Origin: Promethearchaeota archaeon Loki_b31
GTDB taxonomy: Archaea > Asgardarchaeota > Lokiarchaeia > Sigyniarchaeales > SOKP01
Assembly (NCBI GenBank): GCA_005222975.1
Contig: NJBI01000031.1
Location: 1 to 42,052 of the forward strand
Direction: 5' to 3'
Length of the DNA: 42,052 nt
Shown here: positions 27,562-37,527 of the stretch, in pieces
How the letters are laid out: every line of letters begins with the position of its first letter
How positions within the stretch are numbered: the first letter of the stretch is position 1
The notes under the pieces: generated by a model
Told to the model about the DNA's origin: nothing
Databases searched by the model: none
Seen by the model: the letters and a program-made list of their open reading frames with translations, nothing else
Made by a program: the position numbers and the translations under genes

Positions 27562-29355
27562 TTATTGTAAATTAAGATACAGATTAGCTAATTTTTTAGA
27601 AACAATGCTCCATGTAAAATTGGTCTTGACCCTTTTGTAGCAATTTTCTTTAATTTTCAGAAAATAATATGGATCTAATAAAACATGTGATTTAATGATT
27701 TCATCTGGTATCTGGTTAATGATATTTAGAATATCAATATCATAGATTGTATGATTTTCAGAATCCTTCACATGTTGCGTAACTTCTGACGATTTAAAGA
27801 GGGATATTAATGCGTTTGCAAATTGATGGGGGTTATCTTTTTCTATTAGAATGCCAGTACCTATTTTGGGAAATATTTTTACATCAATGATAGTTTCTTG
27901 TAAGCCTCCAACCTTACTTGCAATGATTGGCATTTTAGATGCCATAGCTTCTAATGCCATAATACCAAATGGTTCCCATCGGGAAAGAGAAACAAATACA
28001 TCTGCAGATATATGTGCCAGATAAAAAATATCGGAAGCTACTCCGAAAATTATGCGTATATTTTCAGGATATTGTTTAACGTAGTGAGCATATGTTTTAA
28101 TTTCATTTAAGCTATAGTCCGTTGGTAAAATAAGGAAAAGAAATCGTGCATTTGGAATGTGACTTAATACATCTGGAATCGCTTCAAATATTGTTTCAAA
28201 TCCTTTCTGAGGCGATATACGACCAGTAGTTAATACTAATGGGCCACTTTCGGAAAAAGCTTTGATGTTTCCGTTTTTAATAAAAGGATTTCCATTAGAT
28301 ATTTCATTTATCGTATCAAGAACTTTTTGTGAACTAATTAATGGACTCCGACTTAAATTTCCAATTTTGTATTCTAATAAATACTCTTTTAGATCTTTTC
28401 TCTCTATTTTTGATAATTCATTTAAATTGAGATATTCTCTTAAATCGTGGCCGTGAATTTTCAAAACTTTTTCATATATCTCGTAATAATCCCAATCAGT
28501 TCCATCATATAAAAAATCAGCCTTGAACTCTATTAATTTTTTGCCACAGTTCGGAATAATGTCTGATATTAAATATGATTGACTTACTGTAGTAACCACA
28601 TCTGATATAATAGCTCCAATCTTTTCAACTGTGGGTACTGTAGGCTCAACATCCGATCCGTTAAATTCCTTAGATAGTCTAAATATTTCGGTCAAATTTA
28701 GTTCTTTAATCCCTTCATTTAACAAGACTCTAATAGGCGTTTCGTCTATTCCACTTGTTCTATAAAAGTCGTATTCGAACCTCGGCCAAGTTAATAAGTG
28801 TATCGTTAATATTGAAGCAACATTTAAACTATTTTTTGCTAAGATCTGTTTCATTCCTATGTAGGGCAAAACAACGTGGTAATCGTGCAAATGAACAACT
28901 TCAGGTAAATCTGTTCTGTTATTTTCTACAAAGAATTCTACTAAACATTGAATCCCAATGCTAAAAAGAGATATTTTTCCTTTTATTGTTTCTGGATTAT
29001 AAACCGTCTTATCATCCAAATACTTTGATGTGAAAGAATTTTCTCCAGAAACTAAAATGATGTTCACATTTTCCATTTTAAATTTATAAAATGAAATATA
29101 ATAGCTCGCTTCTTGCTCATTTATTCCGATAAAAGAAGGATTAATTTGACCGACACAAGTGAATGGTAATTTTTCCAAATTAAATTTGTTTTTTAGATTT
29201 TCAATTTGCCCATGGGACGGCATAAATACGGTTATATCGAACTGCTTGACTAAATGTTTTGCCTGGTTTGCAGGTACCTCCCCAAGGCCTCCTACTTTAA
29301 CTACACCAGCGTACTCAAATGAAAAAATCCATACTTTTTTCTTATTTTCTATCAA
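27562..29355 (-). CDS. glgA: Glycogen/starch synthase (GT5)
   Basis: KVGGLGEV ADP-glucose motif, HLHDYH, TTVSQSY, GRISPQKG, SRWEPFGIMALEAM, VGGLQET. Confidence 0.9.
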   Translation of the reverse strand: MIENKKKVWIFSFEYAGVVKVGGLGEVPANQAKHLVKQFDITVFMPSHGQIENLKNKFNLEKLPFTCVGQINPSFIGINEQEASYYISFYKFKMENVNIILVSGENSFTSKYLDDKTVYNPETIKGKISLFSIGIQCLVEFFVENNRTDLPEVVHLHDYHVVLPYIGMKQILAKNSLNVASILTIHLLTWPRFEYDFYRTSGIDETPIRVLLNEGIKELNLTEIFRLSKEFNGSDVEPTVPTVEKIGAIISDVVTTVSQSYLISDIIPNCGKKLIEFKADFLYDGTDWDYYEIYEKVLKIHGHDLREYLNLNELSKIERKDLKEYLLEYKIGNLSRSPLISSQKVLDTINEISNGNPFIKNGNIKAFSESGPLVLTTGRISPQKGFETIFEAIPDVLSHIPNARFLFLILPTDYSLNEIKTYAHYVKQYPENIRIIFGVASDIFYLAHISADVFVSLSRWEPFGIMALEAMASKMPIIASKVGGLQETIIDVKIFPKIGTGILIEKDNPHQFANALISLFKSSEVTQHVKDSENHTIYDIDILNIINQIPDEIIKSHVLLDPYYFLKIKENCYKRVKTNFTWSIVSKKLANLYLNLQ

Positions 29356-29518
29356 ATTAGCTCATTTTTTAAAGAACTTAATTTTCTGGAAAAAAGCTCA
29401 AGACTTATTTAATTATTAATATTTAGTTAAAGACTTAAAATATTACTTTTATTAAAGTTTAATTTAATTTATCTATTGTTTGGGTCAATCGCGGTAAAAA
29501 TAAGAAATCTTTATTAAT

Positions 29519-31168
29519 TTATTTATCGCTTTTATGTTTTAGAATTTGACCGTTTAAAGCTCCAGTATGAATGCCTTTCTTAACGGCTATTTTACCATTT
29601 ACGATTACGTAATCAATTCCCTCAGGAAATTGGCGCCCATTTTTGTAGGTAGATTTATCTTCTATTTTTTCAAAGTCAAATATTACAATATCAGCTTTTT
29701 TATCTTCTTTAATTTCGCCGCGATCACTTAATCCCAATATGGTCGCCGGTAAATAAGTCATCTTCTTAATTGCTTTTTCTAAAGATACTATGTTTTTTTC
29801 CCTTACGTATTTAGATAAGATTTTAGGAAATGTCCCGTACGATCGAGGGTGAGTATTTACATCTTTAACCAAGAAACCATCAGAGCCTACGCATACAAAA
29901 TCTTGTTTAAAAAGGGAATAAATGCTTTTTACTTCACTCATCATTCTCATAGAAACCATTATTCCCCCTTCTTCATCTCTTACAAAATCTAATAAACCAG
30001 CAACAAATTTTCTTTTTGGATATAAAATTTTGATGACGGGCCCTAAAAATTCTCCCTCTATTTTATGATTATGCGTTACACTAATTATTCTTACTGATTT
30101 TTTAAAAAACCTTAAGAGAAATTTTCGTAAAATAACTTTAGGGATAAGTCCTATTGCTTTAGGAGCGCTTGATAAAAAATTAGCTGATATTAAATTAAAT
30201 ATTTCATTAATAATTTTTTTTCTTTTTTCTAAATCAGTGAGATTTTCTTTAAAATTATCGTAGACCCAAGGCTGAAGTAGGATATAGGATAGACTTGTAG
30301 AACTTTCTTCGTAAGGATATAAATCGGCATGGATTTTTAACCCATGTTCTCTAGCTTCTTTTACTAAATTTATCATATCTGAAGTTAATTTCCAAGCAAA
30401 ACTACTTCCAGCTTTCCAATGAGAAATTTGCGCTTGAACCTTTGCTTCTCTGGCAATTTTTATTAATTCCGTCATACCTATCTCGATTACATCTCCTCCT
30501 TCGTTTCTCATATGCGAATCGTAAATTCCCTTATATTGAGCTACAATTTTGCATAGTTCAATTATTTCTTCTGTAGATGTTATAGAGCCTGGAGGGTAAA
30601 TTAAACCAGTAGTTATCCCAAACGCTCCAGCTTTCATCCCTTCTTCTACGCTTTTTTTCATCTCTTCGATTTCCCTTTCGTTTGCGGGTCGCCTTTCAAT
30701 TCCCAAAACTAAAAACCTAATGTTTCCGTGCGGGATAAAAAAAGCAAGATTAACAGAAACCCCTTTTTTTACAATCACATCTATGTATTCTTGAATTGTA
30801 TCATATAATATATCAGAGGACCCAAAAATGTTTTTAACGAAATTATGGTAATAATCTCTTACTTTTTCGTTAGCAGGAGCAAGTCCTAATCCGCACATCC
30901 CTACTACGAGAGTCGTTACACCCTGCATTATAGACGCTTCTGCTTTATTTATCTCCATAATTGAAAGGTCCCCGTGATGATGCATGTCAATAAAACCTGG
31001 GGCAACAACTTTATTTGAAGCATCAATTATCTCTGTTCCAGCTGCATCAATGTTTTGCTTGATTTGAACAACCTTATCCCCTTCAATTAAAATATCTGAT
31101 ATATAGCCTTGTGAACCAGTACCATCTAAAATCAGTCCATTTTTAATTAATAATCCCACTAATATCAA
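29519..31168 (-). CDS. N-acyl-D-amino-acid deacylase (D-aminoacylase) family amidohydrolase
   Basis: APGFIDMHHHGD, GMCG, SHMR, ISHWK, GSDG, HPRSYGTFP. Confidence 0.9.
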   Translation of the reverse strand: MILVGLLIKNGLILDGTGSQGYISDILIEGDKVVQIKQNIDAAGTEIIDASNKVVAPGFIDMHHHGDLSIMEINKAEASIMQGVTTLVVGMCGLGLAPANEKVRDYYHNFVKNIFGSSDILYDTIQEYIDVIVKKGVSVNLAFFIPHGNIRFLVLGIERRPANEREIEEMKKSVEEGMKAGAFGITTGLIYPPGSITSTEEIIELCKIVAQYKGIYDSHMRNEGGDVIEIGMTELIKIAREAKVQAQISHWKAGSSFAWKLTSDMINLVKEAREHGLKIHADLYPYEESSTSLSYILLQPWVYDNFKENLTDLEKRKKIINEIFNLISANFLSSAPKAIGLIPKVILRKFLLRFFKKSVRIISVTHNHKIEGEFLGPVIKILYPKRKFVAGLLDFVRDEEGGIMVSMRMMSEVKSIYSLFKQDFVCVGSDGFLVKDVNTHPRSYGTFPKILSKYVREKNIVSLEKAIKKMTYLPATILGLSDRGEIKEDKKADIVIFDFEKIEDKSTYKNGRQFPEGIDYVIVNGKIAVKKGIHTGALNGQILKHKSDK

Positions 31169-31311
31169 CCAAAATTGATTTTCGAGTTTTTCTTATTTTA
31201 AGAAATAAACAATTTTATTTTAACTATATTTATTAAATTAAATAATTAAAATTTTTATTGAGTTATTATCATAGAATTAAAAAAATAAATGAAAATTTAG
31301 AAGAAGAAATT

Positions 31312-32517
31312 ATGTGCGATACATTAGTAACATTAGGAAATTCAACTAAAGATGGAAATGTAGTTTTTGGAAAGAATAGTGATAGACCTCAATCTGAAGC
31401 CCAACTGGTAACTTACCTTCCCAGAACGCAATATTCCAAGGGAGAAGAAGTAAAATGTACCTATATTTCCATTCCACAAGTTTCTGAAACACATGAGACT
31501 ATTCTTTCGCAGCCTTACTGGATGTTTGGGGCTGAAATGGCCGCAAATTCATATGGCGTTGTAATAGGAAACGAGGCAGTATATTCAAGAGAAGATTATC
31601 AAGATTTGGGATTACTAGGGATGGATTTACTACGCTTAGGTGTGGAACGAGGACAATCGGCTAAAGAAGCATTAAATATAATCACAGATTTATTAGAAAA
31701 ATTTGGGCAAGGAGGGGGTTGTGCTTATGGGGAACAAGGTTGGACATACCATAATTCATTTTTAATTGCGGATACAAAAGAAGCTTATGTGTTAGAAACA
31801 GCTGACAAATGGTGGATTGTAGAAATCGTTAAGGATGTAAGATCAATTTCCAACAACCTATCAATTAGGGGTAAAGGTGATATGAGGCGAAAAGGCATAA
31901 TCCAACACGCTATTGAAAAAGGATATTGTAAAGATGACAACGATTTTGATTTCGCTATTATTTTTTCAGACCCTCAAATTCCCGATAAATTTTCTCCTTA
32001 TACACGAGAGGGGTGTTCATTGGCGATGTTAAACGAGAATAATCAAAAAATTACTCCGGCATTAATGATGGAGTTTTTGAGGGAACACAATGTAGGAATA
32101 TGTATGCATGGGTCGTTTCAATCAACAAGCTCTCAAGTATCACACCTAAAAAAAGATGGTAAATCTATACATTGGTTCACTGGAGGTACACTTCCGTGTT
32201 TAAATATCTTTAAACCATATATTTTTCCGGGACTAGGGCAAATATTTTCTACAGAAAAACCTGGACCATACAAGGAGCTAGATTCATCCTGGTTTTGGTC
32301 AAGGCATAAAGAATTTATAAGACCATATAAAAAACGCTCAATTAAACCAGAAAAGCAAGAATATATCAACAGATTAAGAATGATTGAAAAAAAATTATTA
32401 AGCGATGTAGAAATCGTTACAAATCAAGAAACATCTCTTTCTAGCAACGATTTTACGAAGAAAGTTATAACTTTAAATAACAAAGCGTGGGAACTAGCGG
32501 AAGAACTAATAAAATAA
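31312..32517 (+). CDS. Secernin / peptidase C69 family Ntn-hydrolase
   Basis: True start at MCDT (N-terminal Cys nucleophile); FGKNSDRP, WMFGAEM, GNEAV, GMDLLRLG, YHNSFLIAD. Confidence 0.92.
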   Translation: MCDTLVTLGNSTKDGNVVFGKNSDRPQSEAQLVTYLPRTQYSKGEEVKCTYISIPQVSETHETILSQPYWMFGAEMAANSYGVVIGNEAVYSREDYQDLGLLGMDLLRLGVERGQSAKEALNIITDLLEKFGQGGGCAYGEQGWTYHNSFLIADTKEAYVLETADKWWIVEIVKDVRSISNNLSIRGKGDMRRKGIIQHAIEKGYCKDDNDFDFAIIFSDPQIPDKFSPYTREGCSLAMLNENNQKITPALMMEFLREHNVGICMHGSFQSTSSQVSHLKKDGKSIHWFTGGTLPCLNIFKPYIFPGLGQIFSTEKPGPYKELDSSWFWSRHKEFIRPYKKRSIKPEKQEYINRLRMIEKKLLSDVEIVTNQETSLSSNDFTKKVITLNNKAWELAEELIK

Positions 32518-32554
32518 AAGTAAGAAGAACTTTATCTTAAAATCTTAATGTTTA

Positions 32555-33961
32555 TTATATTTCATTACTAATTTTTGTTAAAAGTCTAAGCATTTCATTT
32601 TTAACAAAGTAACCACCGAGAGGGCTAAAACTTGGCACTGGTTCATAACCTCCTTCTTCAACATATTCGTGTAGAGGAAATAGGTATCCTATCCAATCTT
32701 GAGCATTTTGAAAAATAAAAATGTTATCTTTTCCAGTTAAAGACGCTTTAAGAAAGCTATCTCCTATTTCTTCAAACAATTCTCCAGGAATAGTCATTAA
32801 ACTAAATTCTTTTTTCTTAGATTTTGATTTTGCCCTAACCTTGATGTATTGAATAACAGTGTTGCATCTGAATTTACCTTTCTTTTTATCAATGATAAAA
32901 ATTGGAAAATTAGAATTTAACATTGTATATCGAGCAATGTTCAACAAGAATAATTTCTTGATTGCGTAAATCAATTTGTTTGTAAACCATTGTTTAGAAA
33001 AATATTTGTGATCTTTCATTGGAATCCAAAACTCGTGAGTATATATTTGGAATTCGATGGCGCTAAAATAATCATTATCAGAAATAGAATTAGCTAATTT
33101 CAACGCTTCTTCAGCAATAGTATATCCAATTCTTTCTGTATGATGATAAGTACCTAATTGATCGTATATTGGTGTTTTATCCGATTCAAATTGTTCGTAC
33201 TCCGTCCCACATGTTGTTATGGGGTTTAAATCACCTGAAGCGCCATTGAAGTATATTGCTTTTACTTTATTATTTGTTAATTCTTTAATTTTCTGAATTA
33301 TACGACCCGGATAATCGGCAGATAATTTATTATTTTTGTAAGATAATGTAGTAGGATGGCACGCATAGTTAATAATAAAGCCTAATAATTCATTTTCTTC
33401 TAGACTTTTAAAAGTAATTACACCTAAATGAGGTAAAGTCTTCCTAGAGGGGTGTCTTCTGTTGATTACGATGTCTGGATTAAAGGGTTCCTTTTTCCAC
33501 GCAATTCTGCAAGACTTTAAATTATTAAATAATCCTTCGACCACTTTCAGTATTTTATTAGTGAACCATACGATATATTTATCATTCCTATTCGCACCAA
33601 ACATAATACCTTTCATTACATTTAGAGCACCTCCAGGCCAATAAAACTCGCCCGTTAAATCAAAAGCAGCGTGAGTATGAGTGGCATGCACTAAAATTTG
33701 TTCAAATTTTAACGAAGGATATTTCTTAATTATTTTATTTCTAATGTATTTTGTTATAGATAAAGGAACTTTTAACAAATCTAAAGATAATAAAAGCAAA
33801 AATTCTTTGTTAGAAGCTACTGAATTGCTTTCTATTAAAACGCTATGAACATAAATATCATCTAACTTCCCTAAACAGGGGTCTTTACGAGTATATCCTG
33901 CCAAAGGTTTATTTATATATTCTTTGGGAGTAATATTTAACTTACTAAAAGCGACTTTCAT
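32555..33961 (-). CDS. Neutral/alkaline ceramidase-like hydrolase
   Basis: LAGY, ATHTHA, NRR, NYACHPT, SADYPG, GASGDLNP, PGELF, GGYE. Confidence 0.8.
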   Translation of the reverse strand: MKVAFSKLNITPKEYINKPLAGYTRKDPCLGKLDDIYVHSVLIESNSVASNKEFLLLLSLDLLKVPLSITKYIRNKIIKKYPSLKFEQILVHATHTHAAFDLTGEFYWPGGALNVMKGIMFGANRNDKYIVWFTNKILKVVEGLFNNLKSCRIAWKKEPFNPDIVINRRHPSRKTLPHLGVITFKSLEENELLGFIINYACHPTTLSYKNNKLSADYPGRIIQKIKELTNNKVKAIYFNGASGDLNPITTCGTEYEQFESDKTPIYDQLGTYHHTERIGYTIAEEALKLANSISDNDYFSAIEFQIYTHEFWIPMKDHKYFSKQWFTNKLIYAIKKLFLLNIARYTMLNSNFPIFIIDKKKGKFRCNTVIQYIKVRAKSKSKKKEFSLMTIPGELFEEIGDSFLKASLTGKDNIFIFQNAQDWIGYLFPLHEYVEEGGYEPVPSFSPLGGYFVKNEMLRLLTKISNEI

Positions 33962-34105
33962 TGGATAATATTAAAAGTAATTTGCTCAAAAAGTTTTCTT
34001 TTTTAAAAGTTAGATTAAAAGAACCACTTTTACGAAAAATTTTTATCTTTTTCAATATTTTTTCTAATAATTCATTAATTTAAAGATATAACAAATGGTT
34101 TTTTT

Positions 34106-34399
34106 ATGGCTTTGAGTAAATTAGATGTATTAGGTATGGAAGGCACAATTTCCAATTATAAGCAAGGGCGTCATACAATACACCTTAAACATTGTATAAT
34201 CGTGTTTCCAAATGTTAAGACTAGAAAAGAGGCTAATAAACTGTGCGGGAGAACTGTAGTTTGGGTAAGTTCTACGGGAAAAGAATTAAAAGGTATCATA
34301 TCGCGCGCACATGGCAACAGTGGAGCGGTTAGAGCCCACTTCAAAAAAGCCGGGGTTCCCGGACAAGCCCTTGGAACTAAAGTTACCATTATCAAATAA
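34106..34399 (+). CDS. rpl35Ae: 50S ribosomal protein L35Ae (eL33)
   Basis: GTISNYKQGRHT, GIISRAHGNSGAVRAHF, PGQALG. Confidence 0.95.
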   Translation: MALSKLDVLGMEGTISNYKQGRHTIHLKHCIIVFPNVKTRKEANKLCGRTVVWVSSTGKELKGIISRAHGNSGAVRAHFKKAGVPGQALGTKVTIIK

Positions 34400-34561
34400 A
34401 TATAATGCTTTTTATACACTCTTCTTACTAATTTTTAGCATTTCCGAGATAATACATAAATAACACACTTATTTTAGTAAGTTATTTTCATCTATTTCAG
34501 TTGATAAAGCGATCAAAAATTGGTTTTTTTTAATTTAATTAGGTCGGGTTTAAAATTAAAT

Positions 34562-36676
34562 ATGTCGGAGCAACACTTCCAAATATGTCATTTTTGCCAG
34601 CGAAACGTGAAGATAGCGTATTATTGTGAAAATTGTGGCGTTAGTTGTTGTTCTGATTGTCTTCACGAAGAAAAAATCGATTCTTATGTTTGTCAAGATT
34701 GCAATTCAAAAAATATTGCTCTCTCAGGATCAAGTAAGCAAAAGATTTGTAACGATTGTGGAAAAGAGAATATAATCCAAACGAACCAACTTTTAAAATC
34801 TTGTCCCAAGTGTCAATCTCATCAAATTATTAATATCTACGAAAAGAAGGAAGATTTAGAAAAACAATTTTTAGAATTAATTAAAAATGCACGCTCCTTT
34901 ATTGATCCATTTAGGGATATAGTAAATTCCCTTTATATGATAAGGCAGAGAGTATTTGATGCAAGAGCGCCTCCTATAAGGTGTTATCATTATCCTAAAA
35001 TGGAATCCGACCTCTTAGCGCTCTTTAAATTATTTATATATGCAAAAGAAAATCTTCTTGAAAAGATACACAATCTAATCCAACATTTATCTATAAATAA
35101 AGAATATTTTTTTAATATTTACACTCAACAGAATTCTAATATAAGAATTATAGAAGACATTTTACAAAATTTAAATAGAAGCTATAATTCTATAACTGAT
35201 TTTATTCAGAGTAATGTAAAAACAATAAATACTAGCATGGATAACCTATTAAAGAATCTTATTTTCATAGACAAAATCACATTTTATTTCAAAAACTATA
35301 TTAAATTTCTTAATTTAGCAGAGGATGAAAAACCTGTTTATGCGATATATGCAAAATTAGCGAATGGTCTTAACACAGAAGATAAATACAAAAAAGATAA
35401 AGGAATTCTGTTTATTACTAATTTTGACTTATCGTTTGTTCATGAATATGGAAGATTAAAGAGAAAGAAAAAAGGTATTTTTAAAGCGCCAGTTAAAGAT
35501 TTAACTAGCGTTAAAATAAAAGGTAAGCTGTTTAAAAAACTTTATATCGAATTTCCTTATGGTAGATATGAATTCACACTTCCTACAAATTCAATTTCGC
35601 GAGTATTAGATTATATTCTACTAGCCAGAAGTTTTGATGAAACTATTGTGTATGATAAAGTGGCAGCGAAAAAACTTTACGATATTGATGTCGATTTGAG
35701 CGATTTAACCAATTATATTGAGGAAACAATAAATTCTTTCTTTAGTATAAAATGCCAATATAATAATGTTAATTCGAATAATGTACTCGTTAATCACCAA
35801 AATGCTAACCCATTATTTAATCAAAATCTAAGGAATTTACCAAATCAAATTTCACTTCAAGCTCCATATAATCAAAATCAGCCCACCTACCCAAATAATT
35901 TTAGTTATCCATTTAATATTTATCAAAATTATAAAAATGTGCCCGGAAATCCATTGCTTTATCAAAAAAATATAGGATTTTCTAATCAAGGATTCGGCCA
36001 AATTCAAACTCCTGAAGATTTAAACCATTACAGCAACACTATAAGGCACTACCTACCGCCAAATTACAATCAAAATGAATTCTTCTTGCAAAATTTACAT
36101 GAGACGGGTAGGATACAGAATTACGATCCTATAAGGTCTAACAGCGGATATGAAAACAATTTTTCTGATGCTGAAGAGAAAAACTTCCTAATGAGAAAAT
36201 TAGAACAAATGCAAAGATACGGCGCCCCTTCTTCTAATCTATTATATAGAAATAATTTTGATGAACGATCGTACGAACCTGCCTATTATCGATTGAATGA
36301 AAGAGTTAGACAAATGCCACAATATAACGAATATTCGAGGAATCATCTTTCAGAATTGTTTAATAATGACTATATGTCAGATCAACCGAATGATCTCCCA
36401 AGACCTAATTCAAAGAAAATAAATAAAACGAGACGTAAAAAAATGTTTGAATTGGAAAAAGAAAAATATAGTCTCGAAGAAACGTTAAAAACCTTAGAAT
36501 CAAAATTTGAATCTGGAAATATTTCTGAAATCGATTTCTTTAAAACATTTAAGAACTTACAAAAGGATTTCTACACGATTGATAAAAAAATTGAAACGAT
36601 CGACGAAGAGATGCAAGAAGAAGATTTTTTAAGAAGAAATGCCAAAAAATTCGATAGAAAAAGACATTTTACTTAA
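34562..36676 (+). CDS. Multi-Zn-finger / coiled-coil / PH(GRAM/GLUE)-like / low-complexity / steadiness-box protein (putative ESCRT adaptor)
   Basis: Six CxxC pairs at the N terminus; LAEDEKPV...GILFITNFDLSF PH/GRAM-like strands; N/Q/P/Y-rich stretch; C-terminal SLEETLKTLESKFESGNISEIDFFKTFKNLQKDFY resembling the Vps23/Vps37 core hairpin. Probable start is the ATG at 34562. Confidence 0.7.
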   Translation: MSEQHFQICHFCQRNVKIAYYCENCGVSCCSDCLHEEKIDSYVCQDCNSKNIALSGSSKQKICNDCGKENIIQTNQLLKSCPKCQSHQIINIYEKKEDLEKQFLELIKNARSFIDPFRDIVNSLYMIRQRVFDARAPPIRCYHYPKMESDLLALFKLFIYAKENLLEKIHNLIQHLSINKEYFFNIYTQQNSNIRIIEDILQNLNRSYNSITDFIQSNVKTINTSMDNLLKNLIFIDKITFYFKNYIKFLNLAEDEKPVYAIYAKLANGLNTEDKYKKDKGILFITNFDLSFVHEYGRLKRKKKGIFKAPVKDLTSVKIKGKLFKKLYIEFPYGRYEFTLPTNSISRVLDYILLARSFDETIVYDKVAAKKLYDIDVDLSDLTNYIEETINSFFSIKCQYNNVNSNNVLVNHQNANPLFNQNLRNLPNQISLQAPYNQNQPTYPNNFSYPFNIYQNYKNVPGNPLLYQKNIGFSNQGFGQIQTPEDLNHYSNTIRHYLPPNYNQNEFFLQNLHETGRIQNYDPIRSNSGYENNFSDAEEKNFLMRKLEQMQRYGAPSSNLLYRNNFDERSYEPAYYRLNERVRQMPQYNEYSRNHLSELFNNDYMSDQPNDLPRPNSKKINKTRRKKMFELEKEKYSLEETLKTLESKFESGNISEIDFFKTFKNLQKDFYTIDKKIETIDEEMQEEDFLRRNAKKFDRKRHFT

Positions 36677-36737
36677 GAATTACATTGCTTAACAAAATAT
36701 TCTTGAAAAATTGGTAAAGAGAATAAGTTTAAAAAAA

Positions 36738-37388
36738 TTAACTTTCTAATTCTTTCCTAAGTTTGTTGATTTCGTCTTCTAATTTTGCTTTCGTTTTTAT
36801 TTCAGTTTCTTCTTCCATCTCGTCAAACTCACTCAGATATTGCAAGTCATCGGCAGGTACTTCTGGCATCTGACCGCCTTGCTCTAAAAGCATTTCAGTT
36901 TCTAGTTGGTTTAATTCATCAGTTACATCGATTGCTAAATCTATTTCGGGATCTCCGGCAAGAATATCGGCAGACTCCTCTATTTCAGCAACATATGCCT
37001 CAGAATCTTCAGCTATCTCTGCAATTTTTACAGGTGATGCCTTCGTGGCAATTACCTTTAATTCGTCCCTAATTCCGCTCATTAAATCGCCCGTCGTTGA
37101 TATCATCTGACCCTCTTCGATAGCTTCTATCTGTCTTTCGATTCTGGATCGAATGTTGTTCGCGCGATCTACCTTCATTTGATATTGTTTGTGTTGAATT
37201 AAATAATTTTTAGCTCTAGTTCTTTCTCCTCTCTTTATTGCAATTTTAGCGTTTTTTCTAGCAATCTCTGCTCTTTTATTGAAAGTTTTATTTGCTAACG
37301 CTATTTTTCTAATGTGAGATTTAGCTTTAATAACTAATTCATCTTTTTCTTTAGCTTTTCGGGGAAAAAGTTTTTTTTTAATTGCCAT
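36738..37388 (-). CDS. snf7: Snf7-family ESCRT-III protein (Vps20/32/60, CHMP4-7-like)
   Basis: Basic N-terminal helices with AKIAIKRGERTRAKNYLIQHK, acidic C-half, DVTDELNQLE, MIM2-like MPEVP, terminal amphipathic LEDEINKLRKELES. Confidence 0.88.
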   Translation of the reverse strand: MAIKKKLFPRKAKEKDELVIKAKSHIRKIALANKTFNKRAEIARKNAKIAIKRGERTRAKNYLIQHKQYQMKVDRANNIRSRIERQIEAIEEGQMISTTGDLMSGIRDELKVIATKASPVKIAEIAEDSEAYVAEIEESADILAGDPEIDLAIDVTDELNQLETEMLLEQGGQMPEVPADDLQYLSEFDEMEEETEIKTKAKLEDEINKLRKELES

Positions 37389-37527
37389 TACTTCTATTCA
37401 CTCCTTTTAGAGTAATTTTATTAGTATCTCTTATATTATTAATATGATATTATTAACTTAAAAATTTAATAGAATTTAATTTAGTAAAACGATTCCTATC
37501 AATAAATCTTTTAGAGTCCAATAATAA

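Noticed and set aside
31258-31311. N-terminal extension of the secernin-like ORF
   Set aside because: Ntn-hydrolases of this family start Met-Cys; the upstream TTG extension is AT-rich promoter sequence.
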